Assembly (NCBI GenBank): GCA_963701075.1
Contig: OY969559.1
Span: 864,001 to 928,000 of the forward strand
DNA length: 64,000 bases
DNA from: an uncultured Nitrososphaerota archaeon
GTDB lineage: Archaea; Thermoproteota; Nitrososphaeria; Nitrososphaerales; Nitrosopumilaceae
Direction: 5' to 3'
Positions 9,991 to 20,501 of this stretch are shown piece after piece; positions within the stretch are counted from its first letter, which is position 1; the number at the start of each line of letters is the position of its first letter. The position numbers were made by a program, and so were the translations under genes. The notes beneath the pieces were generated by a model. The model made no database searches and was not told the origin of the DNA. It saw nothing but the letters and a program-made list of their open reading frames with translations.

Positions 9991-10521
9991 ATGGTTGTTG
10001 TAGAGAAGGTTACAAAAACTAAAAGTATGTCATTTAGATTGCCAGAGGAGATGGCGGATTTGCTAGAAACAGAATCGTCAGTCAAAAACATAAACACAAG
10101 CACTCTTCTGACTCAGATATGCAATCACCATTTCGGATATGAAGGCAATGTCGGCAAGGCAGGGCTGATTGCATTTCCAAGACCGTTATTGATCCGATTA
10201 ATGGAGGGACAGCCGGAAAAACAAGTAATCGCATTGGCAGAACATATCTCACAAGATGTCATGATAGATATCATGTCAGTCTTGGAAACGGAATACACTG
10301 TAGATAGTTTCTTGCATTTCATGCAATCATGGGCGCATTCATCCAAGATTGCATTCAGACGCGAAATTAAAGGACAGTTGAATACGGTGGTCATCCAGCC
10401 TGAATTGGGCAAAAATTGGTCGCTATACTTGGGACATTTATTTAAAAATGTAATTGAAGAGTTAGCACAGAAACGGGTTGCAATAAACGTAACCGACAAA
10501 AGTGTAATGTTTAGGTTCTAG
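9991..10521 (+). CDS. Ribbon-helix-helix-like N-terminus + putative ligand-binding domain (thaumarchaeal regulator-like)
   Basis: KSMSFRLPEEMADLLETES resembles an RHH strand-helix. Confidence 0.6.
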   Translation: MVVVEKVTKTKSMSFRLPEEMADLLETESSVKNINTSTLLTQICNHHFGYEGNVGKAGLIAFPRPLLIRLMEGQPEKQVIALAEHISQDVMIDIMSVLETEYTVDSFLHFMQSWAHSSKIAFRREIKGQLNTVVIQPELGKNWSLYLGHLFKNVIEELAQKRVAINVTDKSVMFRF

Positions 10522-11110
10522 GTTACATCTTTTTCAAAGTAATTTAATAAAATACGTATAACCCATTCATAACTTAATCCATACTTTCCATTTCAGTTTA
10601 AATTCTCACAACTCTTAACCAAAAAATTAACATTCAAATGATAAGTATTTTGAAATATGTTGTGAACATTGTAATGTAAAAATATGTTCAAATGTTGATA
10701 GCTAAAAATACAAACTCAAAACATAGGACAACTGGGAAAATCATTAGAGCATTGAAGAAGCAAAAATCAAAATGTTCTCAAACCATGAAGTTACACGCAA
10801 ACAGTTTCTGAATACTTGCTCCATTTTTTACACAGATCTTGAAACATTCTATTCAGAAAATGGTATGTTTACATCATATGTCATGCGTTCCAATATCAAA
10901 AGGTCTGTCTCATCAAGAACAAACGATGGTTCCTTCATCGCTATAATTATGTCATTGAATTACATATTAATTGCGAAAAAATGTTATTTGATCACCGAAA
11001 TATCTATATTAGCGTAATTTGGTGAGGGAGCTGATTGTCTCATGATCACAAAGATTGAACGGATTAAACACATTGTGAAACCCGATCTTCAGTGGGTTAA
11101 AAAGGCGTAA

Positions 11111-12727
11111 GTGACCTATGTGGACATAATAATACTGGCAGTAGTACTGGCAGGTTCTCTTGGCCTTGCAGTTATTTTTGGACGATATATGGCAAGGATG
11201 ATTGTTTACGAGAAACGACCTCTTGAGAAGACATTGGGTAGGGTAGAGGACGGCTTCTATCGTATAATTGGTGTAGACAAGTACGAACAGATGACATGGA
11301 AGCAGTATTTTCTTGCCCTGATTGTAACAAATGTCATTGCAGCAGGATTTCTAATGGCCGTACTTCTTTACCAGAACAGTCTTCCCCTATCGCCAAAACC
11401 AGGCCTATCGTTTGATCTCGCATTCAATACAGCTGCTTCATTTGTTACAAATACTAATCTCCAACACTACGCCGGTGATCAACAACTTTCAATCTTTTCT
11501 CAGATGGTTGGGCTGATATTTCTGATGTTCGTAGCACCTGCCTCTGGAATAACTTCATGTTTTGCATTTGTCCGAGCTTTCATCAGAAAAGAGTTTGGAT
11601 TAGGAAATTTCTATGTTGATTTTACTCGAATAATACTAACACTTTTGCTGCCGATTGCCTTTATCTCGGCCCTTTTATTGCTGCTCCTTGGAGTCCCACA
11701 GACGCTAGACTCATCAATAACAGTAGGTAATCTTCAGGGCGGTAATCAAACAATCACGATAGGACCTGTTGCCTCTCTTGAATCCATAAAGCAACTTGGA
11801 AGCAATGGTGGAGGATTCTTTGGTGCAAATTCAGCACATCCATATGAGAATCCAAATGGTCTTTCAAATGTTTTTGAGACCATCTTGATGCTAGTCATTC
11901 CATTTTCATTGCCCATAGCATATGCTCATCTACTGGGTAGAGGTAGAGGGTTATCAATTCTTGCAGCCATGCTAATTGGCTTTGGAGTAATGCTTGCGCT
12001 GGGATTATCAGAGCATAGCGGACCAACAGGTCTTGAGACAAGATTTGGAAACTTTAGTACCACTTTATTCGTGGAATCATCTCTTTCAACAAACACTGGC
12101 GCAGCAAATGCTGCTCTGTCAGGACTCTCACCAAACGCAATCATTGGAGGATACTTGGGCATGTTTATACAAGCAATTCCGGGAGCTGATGGTACCGGTA
12201 TGATGACAATGATAATCTTTGTCATATTGACTCTATTTATTGTCGGTCTCATGGTTGGCAAGACACCAGAATTTATGAGCATGAAGATAACTCCTAGAGA
12301 TGTAAGGCTAGCGGCATTTGTATTTTTGATTCACCCCTTATTCATACTAGTCCCAACAGCAATAGCATATACATCAGAAAATGCACAGAGCGTTCTTGGA
12401 ACACCGACTACAGCTGCGACATATAATCAAGTCTTATACGAATTTACATCTGCCTCTGCAAACAACGGCTCAGATTATCTTGGAACTTCGGCAAACACCC
12501 CATTTTTCAATTGGTCCACAGCATTGGTCATGTTGATCGGGCGTTACGCTCCTATAGGATTGATGCTTGCAATAGCAGGTTCGTTTACAACTAGGGATAG
12601 AAAGGAAGTGGTCGAACCAATCAAAACCTCTGGTCCACTCTTTATTGGTGTTTTATCAGTTATGGTATTCATATTAACAGCTCTGACATTTTTTCCATTC
12701 TTGGTTATGGGACCATTTTCAATGTAG
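11111..12727 (+). CDS. kdpA: K+-transporting ATPase subunit A
   Basis: Filter motifs SFVTNTNLQHY, LGSNGGGFFGANSAHPYENP, SASANNGS; GLMVGKTPE. Confidence 0.95.
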   Translation: MTYVDIIILAVVLAGSLGLAVIFGRYMARMIVYEKRPLEKTLGRVEDGFYRIIGVDKYEQMTWKQYFLALIVTNVIAAGFLMAVLLYQNSLPLSPKPGLSFDLAFNTAASFVTNTNLQHYAGDQQLSIFSQMVGLIFLMFVAPASGITSCFAFVRAFIRKEFGLGNFYVDFTRIILTLLLPIAFISALLLLLLGVPQTLDSSITVGNLQGGNQTITIGPVASLESIKQLGSNGGGFFGANSAHPYENPNGLSNVFETILMLVIPFSLPIAYAHLLGRGRGLSILAAMLIGFGVMLALGLSEHSGPTGLETRFGNFSTTLFVESSLSTNTGAANAALSGLSPNAIIGGYLGMFIQAIPGADGTGMMTMIIFVILTLFIVGLMVGKTPEFMSMKITPRDVRLAAFVFLIHPLFILVPTAIAYTSENAQSVLGTPTTAATYNQVLYEFTSASANNGSDYLGTSANTPFFNWSTALVMLIGRYAPIGLMLAIAGSFTTRDRKEVVEPIKTSGPLFIGVLSVMVFILTALTFFPFLVMGPFSM

Positions 12728-12737
12728 GAGACGGGTC

Positions 12738-14864
12738 ATGGCAAAGACAACAATCACACAATCAATATTTGATGCAAGGATGCTAAGGGATTCAGTAATA
12801 AAGCTCAGCCCCATTTATCTTTCCAAAAAAAGTCCCGTAATGTTTGCAGTAGAGATGGGATTCTTCTTGGTTTTAGGAATTGGTCTTTTGCACAATCCAT
12901 CTTCGTATTTTGTAAATGAAAAAAGCATGTTCTACTTTGAATCAGCAATAATTCTAATACTTACAGTCTGGTTTGCAACATTTTCAGAGTCTCTCTCAGA
13001 AGCTCAGGCAAGGGCAAAAGTTGATTCCCTTAGAAGTCTTGAAAAAGAAGTTCAAGCAAAAAAACTAGTTGATGGGCAGGAGGTCATAGTTCCTTCTAAA
13101 AGCCTCAAAATGGGAGATAGAGTACGGGTCTACGCAGGCGATATAATACCAAGAGATGGTATCATTACAGAAGGGAAGGCATTCATAGACGAGTCCATGA
13201 TGACTGGAGAATCAAATCCGGCCTTCAAGGAAAAAGACAATCCAGTACTTGGGGGAACCAAGGTTGCAAGTGACAAGATAGTAGTTGAGATCACTGCAGA
13301 GGCTGGCAAGAGCTTTCTTGATGAGATGGTCAGCTTAATTGAGAGTGCCACAAGACCCAAGACAAAAAATGAGATAGCTCTTACTATATTACTTGCTGGT
13401 CTTTCGTTAATTTTCATAATAGTGGTTGGAACAATGCTGTTCTTTGGTTATTATCTTGGTTACCATATGGATATCTCGGTACTCTTAGCATTGCTTGTGG
13501 CCTTGATGCCAACTACAATAGGGGCATTAATGCCTGCGATAGGCGTTGCTGGAATTAACAGGCTAGCAAGAGACAACATTGTAGTAAAATCCGGAAAAGG
13601 AGTAGAGGCTGCAGGAGACTGCGATGTTTTGATATTGGACAAGACAGGTACAATTACAGAAGGAGCACGTAGAGTTATTGCATTTGTTCCCATGGAAAAA
13701 TTCACCGAAGAAGATGTCATCGAAGCAGCCTACGCTTCATCATTCAACGACTCCACACATGAAGGAAAATCCATAATCGAGCTTGCAAATGAGAAAAAAA
13801 TTGAACCATCATTTATGATGGAAGTTCTGGCATCCAAGCCAATTGACTTTAGCTCGGAGACTCGTTATAGTGGGATTGAACTATCTCCAAAGAAAAAATC
13901 ATACGCAAAACAAGATTTGGCTTCAAAAACATCTGCAGTCCAGACAAAAACTAGAGTCTCTTCTAGGGTAGAAGAACTAGAAGAGTCCAACACGCAAGTA
14001 AGAATTCTGAAAGGAGCAATAGAGGCCATGCTGAAGATTGCCCCAAAAGTCAATGAACCTGAATTGCGATGGAAAGCACAAGAAATATCAAAAAATGGTG
14101 GAACTCCACTTGCGGTTGCCATAAATGATGAGATAATAGGACTAATTTCACTAAAAGACAATCTCAAAAAAGACATTCGAGAAAAGCTTGAGGAAGTTCA
14201 CGTATCTGGTATTAACACTGTGATGATTACAGGTGATAACTTGCTTACGGCTCAGATTATAGCAAAAGAGGCAAATATTGACCAGGTCATAGCTGAGGCC
14301 AAACCAACTGACAAGCTAAACCGGGTTGTAGAGGAACAGGTAAAGGGCCATGTTGTAGGCATGATTGGCGATGGCACCAATGATGCGCCTGCACTTGCCA
14401 AAGCGGATGTAGGACTTGCAATGAATCGTGGCACTGCTGCTGCAAGGGAGGCTGCAAACATGGTAGACCTAGACTCTGATCCTTCAAAGATACTCAACGT
14501 AGTAAAGCTTGGAAAGCAGTTACTCATGACACGTGGTGCAATTACAACATTTTCAATTGCAAATGATGTTGCAAAATATTTTGCAATTCTTCCAGCAATA
14601 TTCTCTAGGATAAATCCAAAAGTCGAAGTTCTCAATTTAATGCAGCTCCACAGTCCTGAAAGTGCTGTCCTATCTACATTGATATTCAATGCAATAATAA
14701 TTCCTGTACTAATTCCGTTATCACTACGGGGTGTCAAGTACAAGCCAGAATCACCCCAGAGGACATTTATCAAAAATATGATGATATACGGAGTAGGAGG
14801 AGTAGCCCTTCCATTTGCTGGCATAAAGGCAATCGACTTGTTGGTGTCACTCTTTTGGAGATGA
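12738..14864 (+). CDS. kdpB: K+-transporting P-type ATPase subunit B
   Basis: TGES, DKTGTIT, TGDN, GDGTNDAPALA, SIANDVAKYF. Confidence 0.97.
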   Translation: MAKTTITQSIFDARMLRDSVIKLSPIYLSKKSPVMFAVEMGFFLVLGIGLLHNPSSYFVNEKSMFYFESAIILILTVWFATFSESLSEAQARAKVDSLRSLEKEVQAKKLVDGQEVIVPSKSLKMGDRVRVYAGDIIPRDGIITEGKAFIDESMMTGESNPAFKEKDNPVLGGTKVASDKIVVEITAEAGKSFLDEMVSLIESATRPKTKNEIALTILLAGLSLIFIIVVGTMLFFGYYLGYHMDISVLLALLVALMPTTIGALMPAIGVAGINRLARDNIVVKSGKGVEAAGDCDVLILDKTGTITEGARRVIAFVPMEKFTEEDVIEAAYASSFNDSTHEGKSIIELANEKKIEPSFMMEVLASKPIDFSSETRYSGIELSPKKKSYAKQDLASKTSAVQTKTRVSSRVEELEESNTQVRILKGAIEAMLKIAPKVNEPELRWKAQEISKNGGTPLAVAINDEIIGLISLKDNLKKDIREKLEEVHVSGINTVMITGDNLLTAQIIAKEANIDQVIAEAKPTDKLNRVVEEQVKGHVVGMIGDGTNDAPALAKADVGLAMNRGTAAAREAANMVDLDSDPSKILNVVKLGKQLLMTRGAITTFSIANDVAKYFAILPAIFSRINPKVEVLNLMQLHSPESAVLSTLIFNAIIIPVLIPLSLRGVKYKPESPQRTFIKNMMIYGVGGVALPFAGIKAIDLLVSLFWR

Positions 14865-14872
14865 TATAGAAG

Positions 14873-15349
14873 ATGAGGACATTAAAGAGCAAAGTATTTT
14901 CACCCTCAATTAGGATCGTCGTATTGATGATTGTTACAACAGGTGTTGCATATCCGCTTCTTGTAACTGCAATAGGGCAAACTACACTACCATACCAATC
15001 AAATGGCAGTCAAGTTGTACTCAATGGTACAGTTGTTGGCTCCGAACTAATAGCTGAAAACTTTAACTCGACTAAATTCTTCCAGCCAAGAAATTCGACT
15101 GACTCGGGCTCAGGTGTGGATCCAGACATCACTCCAGATGAGGCCTATTCGCAGATACCTGCAATAAGTAATGCCACCGGGATACCAGCTAATGCTTTGA
15201 AAACACTAGTTGAGCTTGACATTGAGAGAAACAAGGATGCAAATGGCTTGCTTTTTGCACCAGATTACGTGAGAGTATTAAATCTCAATGTAGAATTGGT
15301 AACGCAGTATCCAGAAATTTATCAAGTCCCTGCGAACGGAGGACCTTGA
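14873..15349 (+). CDS. kdpC: K+-transporting ATPase subunit C
   Basis: N-terminal TM with YPLLVTAIGQ, SNGS, VGSELIAE, SGSGVDPDI. Confidence 0.9.
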   Translation: MRTLKSKVFSPSIRIVVLMIVTTGVAYPLLVTAIGQTTLPYQSNGSQVVLNGTVVGSELIAENFNSTKFFQPRNSTDSGSGVDPDITPDEAYSQIPAISNATGIPANALKTLVELDIERNKDANGLLFAPDYVRVLNLNVELVTQYPEIYQVPANGGP

Positions 15350-15351
15350 TT

Positions 15352-15438
15352 ATGGATGGCATATTGGCAGCATTTGTAGGGGCACTTCTAATTTCTGCAG
15401 GGGTATTAACGTACTCACTACTAAGGGCCGAAAAGTGA
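15352..15438 (+). CDS. kdpF: KdpF-like single-TM peptide (28 aa)
   Basis: MDGILAAFVGALLISAGVLTYSLLRAEK: hydrophobic helix ending in a KdpF-like Y-x-L-L-R-A-E-K; starts 2 nt after the kdpC stop, with GGAGG upstream. Confidence 0.7.
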   Translation: MDGILAAFVGALLISAGVLTYSLLRAEK

Positions 15439-15506
15439 ATTTCAGACAAGTGGGGTTACAATCATCCGAATTATTTGTTTTTTAAAAGTCCATATCTTAC
15501 AGTTCT

Positions 15507-18048
15507 TCAATTATGCAATGCTTGCAATAGATTGTTCTCAATTTCAAAGAACCACTGCTGGACAGAAGTGCCTGCAACAAACTGGTTCAATGAATAAAGA
15601 ATACCTGCAAATACAAGATAACCCAAGACAATAAACAATATTCCTGAAAACAATGTGTTTGTATGCATGGCAAATTGCTTGTTGCCTAAAACCAACTTGA
15701 TCTCTTTTCCGCGAATTATTCTCCATGCAATAGAGTCCCTGTCAACCCTACCAAGATATGCCGAGACTAGAATCAATGGGATTGCAAGGCCTGTGGCATA
15801 TGAGAATAAGAGCAGGCTTCCAGTTGGTAGCGAGACTGTAGTTGCTGCAAGAAGCAAGATTCCAACTAGTATTGGTCCAACACACGGAGTCCATGACATT
15901 CCAAGTATGCAGCCAAATGTGAATGAACCAAAGTAAGTGACAGGACTCTTGGGCGTAATCTTGAGACCGGGTATTCCCCTGCCAGACAAAGTGTATAGTC
16001 CAAAGAGGATCATTGCAATACCTGCAATCTCTGAAAATACTCCAATGTTTGATTTGAGGTATGTGCCAACAAACGCTGCAGACATTCCCAAAAGCACAAA
16101 GACGATGACAAGTCCAAGAAAGAATGAAACTGACATGCCAAACACATTCATTTTTGATGTTCGAAATGTGTATGCCATGTATGCAGGCAAGATTGGAAGA
16201 GTACATGGAGATGCAAATGATATGAATCCTGAAAGCACAGCTATTGGTACAAGCAAAAATATGGGACCTTGAAGACTTTGTTAGTCCGACATCTGATGGG
16301 ACAAAGTTCTGGCCTGTCTGACCAGTGCCGTTTATCAAATTATTTAACCAAAAATCTTCTTGCTTTTGTTTCTCAATGGTGTCAATTCTGGTTTTGGCAT
16401 TTGTAAAATCTGACATCAGGTTGTTGTCAACTATGAACTGTGATGCCTTGACGTAATAGTAGCCTTCATCAGCAGGACTGATATTATCTGCTTGGTTGCC
16501 TATCGTCTTTATCGCAGCATCAAGGTACTCGATATTATTTGTGTCCATGTATAGTCTCAATAAAGCATATGAGATTATCCCATTTTCTTCAGAGGGTTTT
16601 ACTAGACTGATCTGTTCTCCTGGCTTGTAGATGTTGGTGTCAGGACTGTTTCGTTCAAAGAATCCTCCGCTGTACCAGTCATAGAGATTATCAAGAGAAT
16701 AATTGGCAAGCCCTTGCGCCGTTTTCAGATAACTCTGATCTCCAAGTGTATCATATCCGTCAACAAAAGCAAGAAGCAAGTATGCATTGTCCAAAAGATT
16801 CCCGCTGACTCCCCTGGTACCGTTTACATCTTGGTAGTGATATGCACCATTGTCTGACACTAGGTTGTTCTCAAAAAAATCAAGGGAACATGCTGCCATA
16901 TCGTTATACTTTGTATCTTTTGTGACATTGTACATGTAGAGATAGGTAATGATGGCCTCAGAGTTCCAGTCGGAAAACTTGGTCTTGTCTATTGCTGGTT
17001 TTTCATCAGGTCTTGGGTTTTTCCAATAGTATGCCTCTTCTGGACTAGCGTCGGTGTCTCCGTAAAAGCCACCATCTTGCTTGTCATACCAGTTAGTCTC
17101 AATATAGTTTTGCGTCTTGTTTACAACATCTTTTACCATGGCATCGTCCGGGGTTATCAATAGAAGATGCTCGTATGTCTTGAGAAGTTTTGCATTATCG
17201 TATAGCATTTTTTCATAATGTGGCGGGCTCCATGTTCTGGTTGTGCCGTACCTGTGAAATCCACCGTCTATTGGATCAAACAACTTGTAATCTGTGAGGT
17301 TTTGGATGTCAGTGTATTGGTTTTTCAGAGTATTCTGAACTAGACCAAGATATGTCGTGTTTCCTGTTTCTTGATACATGTCAAGAAAGAAATCAAGCGT
17401 TCTAGCTTCTGGAAACTTTTGTCCAGTTCCAAAACCCCCGTAAATTGTGTCATATAACTTTAGGTTGTAATTGGCATATGCGTCTGGGAGCGCAGCAAGT
17501 TGATTTTCTGTCAGAATTACTTGAGGTTGCTTTTGGTAACTGTACGAGATTTCAGATGAAAATTTATGTGAGTTGACATAGTCTACCGCCTTCTGAAAGT
17601 TTGCTAACATATTTTGTACAGGTCTTGGCCCAGAATATCCAAAGAGTATCTGTCCATCAGGTGTCAGTATTGTAGTGGATGGCCACCCGCCTTCCAAGTA
17701 CTGCCTTGTCAAATCTTCTCGTTTGTCAGAGTCGATGTATACTGGAATAAAGCCTTGATTTACCATCTTGACTACATCTTGGTTGTATAGGTAATCCTCG
17801 CTTTCATACACTTGACAGTAATAGCACCAAGAAGGTGCAGTCAACAACAACATTATGGGCTTATTTTCTTCCTGCGCTTGCCTGAAAACCTGTGGGCCGT
17901 AGTCCTGCCAATTGATCAAGTGCTTTAGTTCCTCGGCATTCTGGAAAGAATATTGAGTTGCGGATGCAAGTTGTTCTGTCGTTTCTACGATGACAAGAAA
18001 AATCACACTCAGGGTTACAAGGATAATATATGATAAATTACCTGCCAA
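15507..18048 (-). CDS. Exported thioredoxin/DUF255 (YyaL-like) + (alpha/alpha) barrel, probably fused to a C-terminal CcdA/DsbD-type membrane domain (apparent +1 frameshift ~16275)
   Basis: Signal/TM anchor; INWQDYG, WCYYCQVYE, GGWPST, GGFHRY, PHYEKMLYDNA; downstream frame has CcdA motifs SFASPCTLPILPAY and WTPCVGPIL and stays open up to the junction. Confidence 0.8.
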
Positions 18049-18244
18049 CTTTTTTCAGTCACCATAACTTGATGGCATCGATACATAAATCTAGACAGTC
18101 AACAAGCAAGTTTATTTCAGATTTGTTTGATATTGTGTGCTTTTGCAAGTGACAGGATACGTTTCGAATAAAAATTAAAAAATTTCAAAATTGTAAGTTT
18201 GAAAAAGGTTATAAAAGCCACACTAGATTCATCCTCCATGATAG

Positions 18245-19291
18245 GTGAATGTCTTCCAGCAGGATACATTGCTACTCGAAGAGTCAGATATCATTCATCT
18301 AATTAAAAAAACAGGACTAGAAAATTTTCTAAATCAACTGCGAGACGAGCTAGAGTCTGGCTTTAAGGACTTTTTCTTGCAAAAAATACAGGTTCCACCT
18401 AGAGCAGAATTCTTTTTCCCACAGGGTACAATGGAATCAATGCCTGCAAAGGACGAAAATTATTTTGCATGTAAGATAGTAAACACACACCTACAAAACC
18501 CACTAACATACAATCTGCCTACAATAATTGCATGTGGTGTTCTAGTTGAAGGAAAGACCGGATTTCCTTTAATGTTAACTGAATCTACCATTCTTACTGC
18601 GTTAAGAACTGGAACTGCATCTGCCATTGCAACAAAATATCTTGCAAGGAAGGATAGCGGTGTAGTTGGTATTATTGGCAACGGCGCACAATCTATCCCA
18701 CAACTTCATGCAATATCCCTTGTGCGTGATATCAAAAAGGTATATGCATATGATATTGACATTGAGGCAAGCCACTCGTTTAAAAAAACAGTAGAAAAGA
18801 TGTTTGGAATATCAGTTATGCTTGCAGACGAAGAGGTTACCACGAGGGAATCAGATATTGTGGTAACTGTAACATGTAAGGAAAAAAATATGCCACCAGT
18901 AGTATACAACAAGTGGGTCAAAACTGGCACTCACATAAACGCGGTAGGAGGGGATTCTCCAAACAAGGTAGAGCTTGAAAAATCGCTCATAGAAAGGGCA
19001 AAACTTGTAGTTGATTTTAAGGATCAGGCAGTATACGAAGGTGAGGCGCAACAGGTTGGAAAGGACAAGATCTATTCTGATCTGGCTCATGTTATAGCCA
19101 ACCAGATCCAAAGAGATGACAATGATGTTACGATCTTTGATTCTGTTGGGTTTGCAATGGAAGATCTTGTCACATACAAGATGGTCTATGATCTTGCAGT
19201 ACGGGAAAAAATTGGAAAACGAGTCAATATAGCGTCAAGACCTAAATTTATAAAAAACCTGTACGAGTCATATTTTGCAGAAACACAATGA
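18245..19291 (+). CDS. Ornithine cyclodeaminase (OCD/mu-crystallin family)
   Basis: MESMPA, KIVNTH, LTALRTGTASA, GIIGNGAQS Rossmann, HINAVGGD, FDSVGFAMED. Confidence 0.85.
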   Translation: MNVFQQDTLLLEESDIIHLIKKTGLENFLNQLRDELESGFKDFFLQKIQVPPRAEFFFPQGTMESMPAKDENYFACKIVNTHLQNPLTYNLPTIIACGVLVEGKTGFPLMLTESTILTALRTGTASAIATKYLARKDSGVVGIIGNGAQSIPQLHAISLVRDIKKVYAYDIDIEASHSFKKTVEKMFGISVMLADEEVTTRESDIVVTVTCKEKNMPPVVYNKWVKTGTHINAVGGDSPNKVELEKSLIERAKLVVDFKDQAVYEGEAQQVGKDKIYSDLAHVIANQIQRDDNDVTIFDSVGFAMEDLVTYKMVYDLAVREKIGKRVNIASRPKFIKNLYESYFAETQ

Positions 19292-20346
19292 CTAACTCAA
19301 ATTTTTCCAAAAAAGATCTTCTCAAAGAAACCATAAATCACATTGACATTACAAAACATGATCCAAGACCATTCGTAGATGAAATGAAGAACATGGCATT
19401 TCAAGCACGAAACCTCAATCGTGCTTGTACAATTTATGACAAGATGCTTGCAGACAAGGATTGTGCAGTGATTCTATGCCTGGCAGGCTCGCTCATTAGC
19501 GCTGGGCTAAAAAAAGTAATTGTTGACATGATATCACATAACATGGTTGACGCCATAGTATCAACTGGTGCCAACATGGTAGACCAGGACTTTTTTGAGG
19601 GGCTTGGCTTCAAACATTACGTAGGAACACAGTTCATCGATGATGCAATTCTTCGTGATTTGCACATTGATAGAATATATGATACATTTATCGATGAAGA
19701 CGAACTGCGCGTATGTGATAATACAGTAACAGAGATTGCAAACTCTCTACAACACAGGCCTTATTCGTCACGTGAATTCATGGTTGAGATGGGCAGGTAC
19801 CTTGATGATAAAGTCCATGCAAAGCCGTCTGATTCCATAGTGCTTTCTGCCTACCAAAAAGATGTACCGATATTTGTTCCAGCATTTTCTGATTGTAGTG
19901 CCGGTTTTGGTCTTGTCCTTCATCAATATCATAACAAACAAAGTTCTGTCTCAATAGATTCTGCAAAGGACTTTCTTGAGCTAACTCAGGTAAAACTTGC
20001 AAACAAGGAGACTGGAATCTTGATGATCGGTGGAGGTGTACCTAAAAACTTTACACAAGACATTGTGGTATCTGCCGAAGTTCTGGGATTTGATGTTCCG
20101 ATGCACAAGTATGCAGTTCAGCTTACAGTAGCTGATGAAAGAGATGGTGCATTGTCAGGTTCTACACTAAAAGAAGCAAGCAGCTGGGGGAAGGTGGATA
20201 CAACCTATGAACAAATGGTATTTGGAGAGGCTACCATTACATTTCCACTCGTTGCAGGATATGCATATCATGCAGCAAACTGGAAACAAAGAACGGAAAA
20301 ACGCTTCAACAGATTATTTGCTCAGACAGTAAAAACAAGAATTTAA
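19288..20346 (+). CDS. Deoxyhypusine synthase-like protein (bacterial-type; possible homospermidine synthase)
   Basis: IVSTGANMVDQD, IDRIYDT, GGGVPKNF, DGALSGSTLKEASSWGK with catalytic Lys; ATGA overlap with the OCD gene. Confidence 0.88.
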   Translation: MTNSNFSKKDLLKETINHIDITKHDPRPFVDEMKNMAFQARNLNRACTIYDKMLADKDCAVILCLAGSLISAGLKKVIVDMISHNMVDAIVSTGANMVDQDFFEGLGFKHYVGTQFIDDAILRDLHIDRIYDTFIDEDELRVCDNTVTEIANSLQHRPYSSREFMVEMGRYLDDKVHAKPSDSIVLSAYQKDVPIFVPAFSDCSAGFGLVLHQYHNKQSSVSIDSAKDFLELTQVKLANKETGILMIGGGVPKNFTQDIVVSAEVLGFDVPMHKYAVQLTVADERDGALSGSTLKEASSWGKVDTTYEQMVFGEATITFPLVAGYAYHAANWKQRTEKRFNRLFAQTVKTRI

Positions 20347-20405
20347 TTCGAATAATTTTTTTGCATTTTTGATTCAAAAGCACTATCTATAATTTTTTTA
20401 TTGGA

Positions 20406-20424
20406 TAAACTGTCCAACAGTTTA
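20406..20424. promoter_or_regulatory. Perfect 8-3-8 inverted repeat overlapping the TATA box of the NiCoT gene (putative operator)
   Basis: TAAACTGT-CCA-ACAGTTTA followed by/overlapping TTTAAATA (20421-20428). Confidence 0.5.
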
Positions 20425-20501
20425 AATAATAATATGGCGAGATTACAGATCGTGAATTTCAACGCTTGCGGTCAAGATAATTTAGAGAATGAAAACAAAG
20501 T

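Noticed and set aside
10772-11017. 81-aa ORF upstream of kdpA
   Set aside because: No recognisable motif, AT-rich; probably spurious or decayed.
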